The position numbers were made by a program, and so were the translations under genes. This document shows positions 28,391 through 37,593 of a stretch of DNA of 64,000 nt, one piece after another. A model generated the notes under the pieces. That model made no database searches, had not been told where the DNA came from, and worked only from the letters and a program-made list of their open reading frames with translations. This stretch comes from Aggregatilineales bacterium (GTDB lineage Bacteria; Chloroflexota; Anaerolineae; Aggregatilineales; Phototrophicaceae). The number at the start of each line of letters is the position of its first letter. Position 1 is the first letter of the stretch. The stretch lies in assembly GCA_038251275.1 (NCBI GenBank), contig JBBSBM010000014.1, positions 24,853 to 88,852 on the forward strand, read 5' to 3'.

Positions 28391-28828
28391 ATGTCGCACT
28401 TCGGACACATCGGCCTGAATGTCAGTGATGTTAGCCGTTCGCAGCAATTCTACCAACAAGTTTTTGGCTTCAATGTTATCAAAGAGTCACTTGATGCGGA
28501 TCATCGCTTTGTATTGCTGGGCGAGGACGGCCAAGCCATCGTTACCCTTTGGCAGCAAAGTACCGGAAAATACAAAAAGGATATTCCCGGTCTACATCAT
28601 CTCGCATTTTGGGTCGATAACATCACTGCGGTTGAAACCATCGAACAGCAGTTGAGAGAGATGAAAGTTAACTTTCTCTACGATGGCATCGTCGCTCACT
28701 CGGAAGGTGCGAAATCAGGCGGCATTTTCTTTGAAGACCCCGATGGTATTCGCCTCGAAATCTTTAGCCCCGACGCGGGCCACCAACATGAAGCGCCTGA
28801 AAGTGGCGCAGCCTGCGGTTTATTCTAG
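28391..28828 (+). CDS. VOC/glyoxalase family protein
   Basis: GHIGLNVSD, GLHHLAF, FFEDPDGIRLE; AAGGAG RBS before ATG 28391. Confidence 0.9.
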   Translation: MSHFGHIGLNVSDVSRSQQFYQQVFGFNVIKESLDADHRFVLLGEDGQAIVTLWQQSTGKYKKDIPGLHHLAFWVDNITAVETIEQQLREMKVNFLYDGIVAHSEGAKSGGIFFEDPDGIRLEIFSPDAGHQHEAPESGAACGLF

Positions 28829-28836
28829 GAGTTTCT

Positions 28837-29727
28837 ATGGTCTTCCATGAAGGCGAAATGGTCATGCAGAGCCGTGCCGGAGTTCGTATGATGGCTGAAC
28901 GCATCGGTCGCGGAATCTACCCGACCATGCCACCTGCCGCGCAGAATTTTTTAAGCGAACAAACGATTGCGGCTGTCTCATCCGTGGATGTGGAGGGTAA
29001 TATTTGGGCATCCCTTTTGACAGGTGCGCCCGGTTTTCTCGATTCACTTAATGAGCAAACCTTACATATCAGTGCGCTGCCTGTATCAGGTGATCCACTC
29101 GCCCAAAACCTGATCAGTAATCCACAGCTGGGTATGGTCGCTATCGATTTCGCGTCCCGCAGTCGGGTACGTGTCAATGGCAGTGCTGTTCTTCAAGAGG
29201 ATGGTTTACGTTTACAGGTCAAACAAGCCTATGCGAACTGCCCGAAGTACATCCAAGCGCGAACCCATCAGATTGCGCCTCCTACAAATCAACCGGAGGC
29301 TACGTCCACCGATCATTTAACCGCGTCGCAATCCACCTTCATCGCGCAGGCTGACACCTTCTTCATTGCCAGTTATCATCCTGACGGGGGTGCGGATGCC
29401 TCACATCGCGGTGGTAATCCGGGCTTTATACAGGTGGTCGATAACAGCGTATTGGAGTTTCCCGATTACAGCGGCAACATGATGTTCAACACACTGGGAA
29501 ATCTGAATGATTATCCCCGTGCGGGCTTACTCTTTTTGGATTTTGATCGTGGCTCTGCGCTTCAACTAACCGGAACGACCGAGATCGTATGGGATGAGGA
29601 TCGACTCGCTGCATTTCCGGGAGCTGAACGCATCGTCATCTTTCATATCAAACAGGTCATAGAACACCCTGATGCGCTGCCTTTCCGCTTCAAGCTGCAT
29701 CAGTATTCGCCTTATAACCCGCTATAG
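28837..29727 (+). CDS. Pyridoxamine 5'-phosphate oxidase-like FMN-binding protein (duplicated domain)
   Basis: FHEGE, NCPKYIQ.R, DASHRGGNPGF, FPDYSGN.MFNTLGN. Confidence 0.88.
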   Translation: MVFHEGEMVMQSRAGVRMMAERIGRGIYPTMPPAAQNFLSEQTIAAVSSVDVEGNIWASLLTGAPGFLDSLNEQTLHISALPVSGDPLAQNLISNPQLGMVAIDFASRSRVRVNGSAVLQEDGLRLQVKQAYANCPKYIQARTHQIAPPTNQPEATSTDHLTASQSTFIAQADTFFIASYHPDGGADASHRGGNPGFIQVVDNSVLEFPDYSGNMMFNTLGNLNDYPRAGLLFLDFDRGSALQLTGTTEIVWDEDRLAAFPGAERIVIFHIKQVIEHPDALPFRFKLHQYSPYNPL

Positions 29728-29765
29728 AATCAACTAAAGGGCGCGATGCTTCTCGCCCTCTTTAT

Positions 29766-30164
29766 CTATTCTGTAGTGCCGTTAGGGTTACCCACATTGG
29801 ATACCCGCTCCAATTCCGCCACAGCATCCGTAATCAACTGGCGCAGTGCAGGTTGCTCTAATTCATCCATCGAATGGACTTTTACATGCCGCAGCAGCTT
29901 ACCCATTCCCTCCAACAAACCACTCGCATCCGGCAGCACTACCCCGCGATAAAAGCCGAGGTTAATGCGGTCTTTTAAGGGCGCGATATAACAGAACATC
30001 GCGTCAACCTTCGTCTTGCTGCCATAGCCAATTGTCTTATACGCCTCGTACACCTGCTCCTGCACATCTGGCACAATTTCTTTGACCAGTTCGCGGGCTT
30101 TCAGCGCAAGTTCTTGCACGTCAGACGTATAATTCGAGAGGAATTCTTCTACTGTTAGCGACAT
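29766..30164 (-). CDS. DUF1801 (YdhG-like) protein
   Basis: INLGFYRG..LPD..GLLEG.GK.LRHVK; start refined to MSLTVEEF. Confidence 0.82.
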   Translation of the reverse strand: MSLTVEEFLSNYTSDVQELALKARELVKEIVPDVQEQVYEAYKTIGYGSKTKVDAMFCYIAPLKDRINLGFYRGVVLPDASGLLEGMGKLLRHVKVHSMDELEQPALRQLITDAVAELERVSNVGNPNGTTE

Positions 30165-30249
30165 TTTGCTTTTACACCTTAATTGTGCGTCAAATTCTTC
30201 AATAGTTCCGTTTGTTATTAATATTTTTTGATAGCTGGCATATTTTTGT

Positions 30250-30858
30250 CTATAACGTTTCGTCCGGCGAACCTGCAAACAAATCACTGACAAGCAGCGA
30301 AACTTCCGGCAAACAGGCAAATGTTACCGCATCATCAGCATTAAACTTCTTCAATGCACCGTATTCGCCTTCCATTGGCTGCGAATATAACCGCAATTGT
30401 TTCTTCCACGCATCAATCACCACATACTCCGGCACGCCCACCTTAGCATACGCAGTTAACTTGATAGACTCATCATAATCTCGGTTCCCCGGCGACAGCA
30501 CTTCAGCAATCAAATCCGGTACACCTCGAATCCGTTTATCCAGCATAATGGCTGCGTTTTTAGATGTAACGAATACCGCATCCGGTTGAACAGGACTAGC
30601 ACCAGCCATAATCAATCCAACTGGTGCGAGAAACATATAACCGAGTTGTTTGTGTTTGGCTGGTATACCGACATACTCATAGAACTGCTGCACAATCCAT
30701 TGATGAAATAAACTCGGCGATGTCGACATATACAGCACCCCATCAATGACTTCGTAGCGATTTTCACCGTCGGGTAAATTTTCCCAGTCAGCATACGTCC
30801 ATCGGCCTTGTGGCGGCCCTTCGATCTTTTGCACTTCAGTCAAAGTGGGAATGACCAT
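30250..30858 (-). CDS. Uma2/DUF820 family PD-(D/E)XK endonuclease
   Basis: RYEVIDG, VQPD, PDLIAEVLSP, K..AYA..GVPEY; GAGGA RBS before ATG 30858. Confidence 0.9.
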   Translation of the reverse strand: MVIPTLTEVQKIEGPPQGRWTYADWENLPDGENRYEVIDGVLYMSTSPSLFHQWIVQQFYEYVGIPAKHKQLGYMFLAPVGLIMAGASPVQPDAVFVTSKNAAIMLDKRIRGVPDLIAEVLSPGNRDYDESIKLTAYAKVGVPEYVVIDAWKKQLRLYSQPMEGEYGALKKFNADDAVTFACLPEVSLLVSDLFAGSPDETL

Positions 30859-30913
30859 TATTGTATCCTCAAAATACATTCGGTCTATTATATTCCAAAT
30901 CATCTTAATCCGC

Positions 30914-30942
30914 TTGACAAATTATAACATTTGTTCTATAAT
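30914..30942 (+). promoter_or_regulatory. Consensus sigma70 promoter TTGACA-N17-TATAAT with a LexA-like box (TAACatttGTTC, 30925-30936) in the spacer
   Basis: Reads ttgacaaattataacatttgttctataat; same architecture as 14734-14763. Confidence 0.75.
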
Positions 30943-30944
30943 AC

Positions 30945-31215
30945 GTCTATAATGATCCCTATGTTTTTAGTGTCTTCATGGTTAAGTTTGTAATTTGCTT
31001 TTGCAGTTTCAGCGCCAATTTCCCTCACATCCGCCGAAATGACACAAGAGTGCAGAAGCGGTGGCATTGACCGAGCAAGCCGCTGCACTCAGCGGTTCTA
31101 GCCGAGCCACCTGCCTGCATAATCTGCATTTTCAGCGGTTTCACGGCTGCTTCCCGCCCGCCATTTCAGCGGAAGTATTGCAAAATTTGCGACAACTGCA
31201 AAACTTATCAACTAC
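30945..31215 (+). repeat. Dispersed ~300-nt structured non-coding element, copy 2 (candidate ncRNA)
   Basis: Blocks at 31021-31036, 31058-31087 and 31162-31184 match copy 1; no ORF of 60 aa or more. Confidence 0.7.
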
Positions 31216-31235
31216 AAATACCTGAATGATTTCGT

Positions 31236-34200
31236 CTACTGACTAACTGCCTTGCGTCTTTGCGTTAGCTTCTTAAATGGTATGATCGGAGTTAACCGCT
31301 CCAACTCATCCGCATCTAACGGCTTCAGCACCAACAAAATACCCAAGTACACTGCGCTCCCAACCATCACTGCGATAATCTGTGAGAACCCTGCCATTAC
31401 TAATACCACAACCACCATCGCCCCTGCCGCAACGACTGGCTTCCACAACAGCCGCACCCACTCAATCCGCCCGACTGCCCCTTGTAGGATCAACGCAAAG
31501 GGAATCAACAACGCCAACTCCGAGAGAATAGTTGTCACCGCAGCCGCCCGATAGCTGTAAAGCGGAATAAAAATCAAGTTACTGATGATGTTGAAACTCA
31601 CCGCGATAAAGAACGCCCGTGTAATCCGTCGTTGTAAGTCCAGCGCGATCAAAACATACTGTGTTAGGCTGTTGATCCACCCAATCGGGATGCTCCAGAT
31701 CATCAATTGGGTCGCCAGCGCACCTTCAGGCAAATATTGACTGCCGCCAAGTATCCCCGTCAGGATGAAGGCCAAAGCCGTGAAAACTACCGCGACCGGA
31801 AGCGCTGTACTCACTAGCAATTTGATTGCCAGCCCATAATTGCGCTTCAACGCTGCTTTGTCCTCATGCGCCTGCCGTGACATCACTGGTAAAAGCGCCA
31901 TCGTAAAAAAGGCAGGAATCACATTCAGCGCGTTGATCCACTTGTAAGCCACACCGTACTGCCCTACCACCGTATCGCCCTGAAAATATTGGATAATCAC
32001 CACATCAATCTGGAAGAATATCGTCGCGAGAAAATGGTTCAGCATCAACGGCCAACCCTCGCCCACCATTCCGCGTATCAACTTCCCATCCGGTCTATAA
32101 TCTCTGCGACTCCCTCCCTCGTTTATGGGGGAGAGCTGGGCTGGGGGTTCCGGTTCCCCCACCTTGCTTGCGGGGAGGGGGTTAGGCGGTGGGGTTAACA
32201 AACCTCTACCAACCCACACCATGATAACCAATGTAATCGTATTCGTGACGATACTTGCTGCTGCCAGCCCGATTACACCATAACCCAGCACCAAAGCAGC
32301 CAATCCAAAAATCACCTTACAAATCGTCGCTACCGTCGAAATCGCTGCCGGATATTCGGCCTGTTGGAAGGCATAAAACAGCGCTGACATGCCTGTACTC
32401 AAGCTGTTGGGCAGCAAACCAATATACAGCAGCCCAATCGCGATGAGTGCCTCCTGCGTCAACGGTGTACTACCTGCTAATCCCTGCCGTGCGCTCAAGA
32501 AACCCAGCAGCAGCACCACACCAATCAGCATCAACACCAAGCGCAGCACACTCGTGTTATAGAAATAGCGCCATGCTTTACTCGGATCACGTGCCACTTC
32601 CCGCGTCAAAAATACATTCAGCCCAAAGTTGGTGAAAATATCAAACCAGCCGAAGATGAAACCCGCATAGGTATAAATACCACTGCCTTCCGGCCCTAAT
32701 ATACGCAGCATAATGAAGGCAAAGCCGAAGTCGATGCCGCGATTAAAGAGGTTCAAGATAATCGGTGCGAGACTGTTCCGTGCTACTACCTGTACGCCTT
32801 CGGTCTGTCCGCCCGCGCTCACAAACAGCCGCCACAGGTAAATCCCAGCCATAAAAATCAGCAGAATTCCGCTGATGAACGAGGCAAACAATCCAATTTG
32901 GAAACTGGGTGGGCTGTAGCTCACCCGCAGCGTGATTTGCCCGTTATCCAGTGCCGTTCGCTGCGCCTCTGGCAGCTTATCATGAATATCCGTGAACACC
33001 TTTTGTACGACATCCGGCGACACATTCACGCCGATGAAGTTGTCCATCACCTTGATGGCTTCCAACGGGCGCTCAGTATCTTTATTCCCGCCAAGTGGTC
33101 GCACAAATGCCCGCCAACCCGGTAGATAAGTCTCGCTCAACACGAGCCACGACGATGGAGCATTTTGCTCCATCGCCACGTCTAAAATTTTCTCGCGCCC
33201 CGAATCGCTTTGAATAGTCACATCAAAGCCATAAATCCAATCCATCGTGGTGGTCGGAACGCTTCCATCGGTCGTCTGAGCGATATACGCGCGTGGGGAA
33301 TAATTATGTTCCCAGATGCGTACCGCTACATCTTCATAGGCCAATCGCCAACTAGGCTGCACCCTCAAATTAGTGCTGGTCGTCAGCTCGGTCGGCATCG
33401 TGAACTGCTTGGAGGTCATTACGTATCGAACATTGAGCAGCTTCAATAACGGTGATTCGAGTGCATCCGCCAGCTTAAAATTCTGCTGCATCTCTGCATA
33501 CTGCTGGTCGGTATACAACGGCGCGACACGGTTATAATCCAACTGGACTTGGGGCGCGAATTCGCTCATAAAATCGACATACTGCTTGGGGATAATGCTC
33601 TCGTAACCGCGAATGTCATCCAAGCCATATCGCCAGCCCATATTGGCATTCATGATCTTGCCACGTTCGCCCATCGTCGGCTCATCAATCGTGGTATAAC
33701 GCCACTCGCCCGGCTGCTGCTTCAGCCATTCAATTGACGGTGGTGTAAAATCCAACAGTGCCGGATCACTCGCTGGATTAAAACTCCACGAGGCCGCCAT
33801 CAAATCAACTGCGACTAAGGCAACAGCAAGCCCCTGCCATAGACGCACATTGCTCCTTTTACGCCCCTCACTATTGCTATGGGGAGGGGTGGAATTCCTT
33901 CCCGCCCACAAAAACACAACGCCCACGCCCAACAGCACTAGACCGAGTGCCAGCACATTCACAAACTCGTAACTGTAAAACATCCTCGCATCGCTGAAGG
34001 CATTTCCCGCCAGCGCCAAATTATCGACAATACGTTGGAATAACGGCTCAAACTGCCCAAAGAAAACGCGTGTTACCAGCAGTCCCAATAAAATGACAAT
34101 CCCGCTGATGAGGCCACCATATCCAAACACGCGAGTTACCCACTGTGATTTGGCTCCACGCGCCAATGAATCAGCGCCAAAACCTGCCAGCACCGCTATC

Positions 34201-35540
34201 CCCACTGTCACACCAAATATCCATCTGAACGGCGAATGAAGCTGGTTAATGCCCGGAAAGCCGTAGTACAGCAGCGCATAAGTCGGCAGCCCGAACATAA
34301 ATGTCAGCGCCACCACCGTCAGAACCACAAATATTCCTTTGTAGGGCGGTCTTTTCGTCTCATCTTCCTCTGTGTCTCTGTGGTTAATTCTTGAATTGAT
34401 TAGTGCATATATCGCCAGCACCAGCGGCAGTATTCCTAAATACAATGCCCCTTCAACGTAATTTTTGATACCCCAATCAATCGCTGCGATGGGCTGACGC
34501 GCCGCATCCGTGAACTGAGTAACCGTCTGTCCGGTGAACACATCCAAATAGCTGTGATGCGAGGGGTTACCATAAAAGTTCGGCAGCAAGAACTGCACCA
34601 CATCCCGCAACGGATGCGCCCAACCGCGCACTTGGTCAAGCGTGGCTCGACCGTCACGGTAATTCATACTCGCCAGCTCGAACAACGGAATAAATTGGAT
34701 CGCCCCGATGCCCAAGCCCAGTACCACCATACCGACTAGCCAGATACCACGTTGAACAATCCACATCAGACGGTGTGTTTGTGTTTTGCGCCCCACCCAC
34801 CACTGCCAAATTAACCGCACTGCTGCATAGTATCCAGCGATAATCAGCACATAGTAAGTAATCTCAACATGACCTGCTAAAACATTGCATCCCAACGCGA
34901 TTGCACCTAGTGCCACCCACGGAATCGTGGCAGGTCTACCGCGCAAAGCCGGACGCTGTTGAATAATCAGCTCAACCGCCAGCAGTACCAATGGCAGCCA
35001 CGCCGCCGAGGCAATAATCATTGGGAACACGGCGCTAATCACAAAAAACGCGCTTAGTTGATAGACGACACCCGCCAGTAAACTTCCAAATCGCTTGACG
35101 CTCACGCCGCGCATGAATAAATACATGAATGCGCCAGCCAACCAGAGTTGAACAACCGTAAACCATCCATAGGCGGCAGGCAGTGGCAGCACGTAATACA
35201 ACACACTAAACGGATAGAGGGTCGATTGCTGCCCTGCCGCTAAAAACGGAATCCCACTAAATTGATGGGGATTCCACAGGGGTACATCGGCGTTACTGAT
35301 GCTCTCACGAATAAAACTTTTCCACTGGAAGTTTTCCAGCACCAAGTCCGAAAGGAGCGCGTTATAGGGAACATCCGGGGCTTTCACCACTTCACGGTAG
35401 GTCGCAAACGGCTCATATTGATAGAGATTTTCAGTCGGAAGTAATGTTCGTCCGCCGATAGTTTGCTGCCAAAATAGAATCAATGGCAGGACAAAAAGCA
35501 GCACAATCAGGGCGAAATCAGGGGTATAGCGGCGTGTCAA
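31236..35540 (-). CDS. YfhO-like GT-C glycosyltransferase fused to a C-terminal Wzx-type flippase
   Basis: N-terminal PLWNP....G.PFLA..Q..LYP, GYESI, LVLSETYLPGWRA (YfhO-like); C-terminal RILGPEG.G.Y, DVVII, VGQYGVAYK, LIFIPLYSY.AAA (polysaccharide export). Confidence 0.85.
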   Translation of the reverse strand: MTRRYTPDFALIVLLFVLPLILFWQQTIGGRTLLPTENLYQYEPFATYREVVKAPDVPYNALLSDLVLENFQWKSFIRESISNADVPLWNPHQFSGIPFLAAGQQSTLYPFSVLYYVLPLPAAYGWFTVVQLWLAGAFMYLFMRGVSVKRFGSLLAGVVYQLSAFFVISAVFPMIIASAAWLPLVLLAVELIIQQRPALRGRPATIPWVALGAIALGCNVLAGHVEITYYVLIIAGYYAAVRLIWQWWVGRKTQTHRLMWIVQRGIWLVGMVVLGLGIGAIQFIPLFELASMNYRDGRATLDQVRGWAHPLRDVVQFLLPNFYGNPSHHSYLDVFTGQTVTQFTDAARQPIAAIDWGIKNYVEGALYLGILPLVLAIYALINSRINHRDTEEDETKRPPYKGIFVVLTVVALTFMFGLPTYALLYYGFPGINQLHSPFRWIFGVTVGIAVLAGFGADSLARGAKSQWVTRVFGYGGLISGIVILLGLLVTRVFFGQFEPLFQRIVDNLALAGNAFSDARMFYSYEFVNVLALGLVLLGVGVVFLWAGRNSTPPHSNSEGRKRSNVRLWQGLAVALVAVDLMAASWSFNPASDPALLDFTPPSIEWLKQQPGEWRYTTIDEPTMGERGKIMNANMGWRYGLDDIRGYESIIPKQYVDFMSEFAPQVQLDYNRVAPLYTDQQYAEMQQNFKLADALESPLLKLLNVRYVMTSKQFTMPTELTTSTNLRVQPSWRLAYEDVAVRIWEHNYSPRAYIAQTTDGSVPTTTMDWIYGFDVTIQSDSGREKILDVAMEQNAPSSWLVLSETYLPGWRAFVRPLGGNKDTERPLEAIKVMDNFIGVNVSPDVVQKVFTDIHDKLPEAQRTALDNGQITLRVSYSPPSFQIGLFASFISGILLIFMAGIYLWRLFVSAGGQTEGVQVVARNSLAPIILNLFNRGIDFGFAFIMLRILGPEGSGIYTYAGFIFGWFDIFTNFGLNVFLTREVARDPSKAWRYFYNTSVLRLVLMLIGVVLLLGFLSARQGLAGSTPLTQEALIAIGLLYIGLLPNSLSTGMSALFYAFQQAEYPAAISTVATICKVIFGLAALVLGYGVIGLAAASIVTNTITLVIMVWVGRGLLTPPPNPLPASKVGEPEPPAQLSPINEGGSRRDYRPDGKLIRGMVGEGWPLMLNHFLATIFFQIDVVIIQYFQGDTVVGQYGVAYKWINALNVIPAFFTMALLPVMSRQAHEDKAALKRNYGLAIKLLVSTALPVAVVFTALAFILTGILGGSQYLPEGALATQLMIWSIPIGWINSLTQYVLIALDLQRRITRAFFIAVSFNIISNLIFIPLYSYRAAAVTTILSELALLIPFALILQGAVGRIEWVRLLWKPVVAAGAMVVVVLVMAGFSQIIAVMVGSAVYLGILLVLKPLDADELERLTPIIPFKKLTQRRKAVSQ

Positions 35541-35792
35541 ATAATTCTTCCTTCGCTATGCAGGTTCACATGGCAAGCACCCACTATACACGCTCGTTTC
35601 TATTTTTTCGATTGACGTTTCACCGACGCTATTGATACTTATTAGGTATAAAGCGTTTATATTGGTCTACCTAACTTTAGCCAGTTATCCTAGAAAAAAA
35701 TCCCCCAACACTCGGATATATCCTCCTTGAATAAAGACTATGATGATGTCAGTTAGCGAGTTCAGATAATCTAAGAAAAAGGGGAAATAAAA

Positions 35793-36065
35793 ATGGACGG
35801 TGTAAACTTAATCGCTTGGATCATCGTTGGTGCAATTGCAGGTTGGCTTGCCAGCATTGTTATGAGCACCAATCGGTCACAGGGTTTGTTGATGGACATT
35901 ATCGTCGGTATCATCGGTGGTTTCATCGGTGGTTTCGTACTGAACGCTCTCAACGTCGGTGGCGCAGTAACCGGTTTGAACATCGGCAGCATTGTAGTTG
36001 CCTTCATCGGTGCGGTGATTTTGCTCGCAATCCTACGTATGATACGTGGAAGTGCGCGCGTCTAA
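35793..36065 (+). CDS. GlsB/YeaQ/YmgE (transglycosylase-associated) membrane protein
   Basis: WIIVGAIAGWLA...DIIVGIIGG.IGG...AFIGAVILL. Confidence 0.92.
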   Translation: MDGVNLIAWIIVGAIAGWLASIVMSTNRSQGLLMDIIVGIIGGFIGGFVLNALNVGGAVTGLNIGSIVVAFIGAVILLAILRMIRGSARV

Positions 36066-36084
36066 GCTACAGCTTCTAAGACTG

Positions 36085-36117
36085 AAAAAGCCGTTGTACT
36101 ATATACAGCGGCTTTTT
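36085..36117 (+). terminator. Intrinsic terminator
   Basis: AAAAAGCCGTTGTA...TACAGCGGCTTTTT hairpin directly after the stop. Confidence 0.75.
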
Positions 36118-36179
36118 GATTCTGGTATAAGACACTTGATTCCAGCATTAATAGTCATTGAGGAGCGATGTAAGTTATA

Positions 36180-36761
36180 ATGACAACAAATCAAAATGCA
36201 AGGAACAATGTATCAGGTCTTTTTGCATTGGTTGCGGTTACCAATCTCCCAAACATTGATGCATCCGTTCCTAACCCGTTCTATGTTTTCTGGAGTCTTT
36301 CCATGGTTGACCGTGCAATGATCTTCGGACTGGTCGCTGGTATTGGCGCATTTATTTTTGTGCTGGAATTGGTGCGCCGTCGCCGTCTAAAAGAAGAATA
36401 TTCGCTGCTTTGGCTTGCTACTGCTGCTGCCTTAATCATTCTCAGCCTATCACGACCGGCGCTCGATTTACTAGCAAATGCTGTTGGTATCATTTATCCA
36501 CCCAGCGCCTTGTTTTTAGTCGCCGTTATTTTCGTGTTATTTATTCTGCTGCACTTCTCTATCGTACTTACGCGCCTCACCCAAGAAAACAAAGAGAATG
36601 CACAGCAGTTAGCCCACTTGCGCTGGCAAATTGAACAGATGCAGAAAAACTTACCGACGGGCGAGGAAAACCCCGATGAACGTCAAAATGACAAGACCAG
36701 TCGCGTAAATCGAGATAAACCAGTAGTGCTTACGCAAGGGGTTGATGTCCTCGCCCAATAA
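36180..36761 (+). CDS. DUF2304 family membrane protein
   Basis: LVRRRRLKEEYSLLW, GIIYPPSALF, L.QENK..AQ; start uncertain (36180 or 36303). Confidence 0.85.
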   Translation: MTTNQNARNNVSGLFALVAVTNLPNIDASVPNPFYVFWSLSMVDRAMIFGLVAGIGAFIFVLELVRRRRLKEEYSLLWLATAAALIILSLSRPALDLLANAVGIIYPPSALFLVAVIFVLFILLHFSIVLTRLTQENKENAQQLAHLRWQIEQMQKNLPTGEENPDERQNDKTSRVNRDKPVVLTQGVDVLAQ

Positions 36762-37535
36762 TTCGTCGGGATGATCAGGATGCCGCCGCAGATTCAAAAT
36801 CGGGCTGATGCGCCACGAAAGTAGCAATCCGCCGATTAAGCCGCCAGCATGTCCCCAATTATCAATCAGGACATCGCTTCCGGGTAATTGAGAGATAAAA
36901 CCGCCAATAAACGTCAACACAGCAAAGACGACTAATGTCTGCCGTCGTGCGCGTCCCGCAGCACCCATCAACTGACGATGGTGCCAGAGATAAACAAACT
37001 CGGCTGCTAAAATCGCGAATACTGCGCCCGATGCACCGACTGAATAAACATTCTCACCGCCAAACAAGGCGCTTGCCACTGACCCCAGCAGCCCGCCTAG
37101 CAAATAGACAATGAGAAAGCGGTTATGCCCAAAAAGCCGCTCCATCGAAACACCTACTGCGTACAGCACATACATATTGGAAATGATATGCAAACTGTTT
37201 TGCAGTGCATACTTGCCTGCCGCATTGAAAATACCCGCATGCAAGAACATAGCACTAAACAAGCGATAATATTCGCCTTTCAGAAATATGTCCGGCGCAT
37301 GGTTTGCGCCCCACAGAAAAATCTGATCATCAAGCTGCGGTGAAAATGCTCGAATCAGAAACACCACCACGTTAATGGCGATGAGCACATAAGTTGCTGT
37401 CGGTGAAACGGAAGGAATACGCAAATTCACCCGTTGGCGTGGTTCACCAGCCGGACGCTCTGGTGGCTGCTCTAAGGGATGACGTTTGCGCGGTTGTTGT
37501 TCGAGCGGGTGTTTATCCGGTTGCGGATCATTCAT
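36651..37535 (-). CDS. Rhomboid family intramembrane serine protease
   Basis: YRLFSAMFLHAG, HIISNM, GASGAVF, NWGHAGG. Confidence 0.92.
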   Translation of the reverse strand: MNDPQPDKHPLEQQPRKRHPLEQPPERPAGEPRQRVNLRIPSVSPTATYVLIAINVVVFLIRAFSPQLDDQIFLWGANHAPDIFLKGEYYRLFSAMFLHAGIFNAAGKYALQNSLHIISNMYVLYAVGVSMERLFGHNRFLIVYLLGGLLGSVASALFGGENVYSVGASGAVFAILAAEFVYLWHHRQLMGAAGRARRQTLVVFAVLTFIGGFISQLPGSDVLIDNWGHAGGLIGGLLLSWRISPILNLRRHPDHPDELLGEDINPLRKHYWFISIYATGLVILTFIGVFLARR

Positions 37536-37593
37536 TCAGAGGCAGCTTTCGATTATAATAAGACCCATTATAAGCATAGAGGCCAAGTGTATT

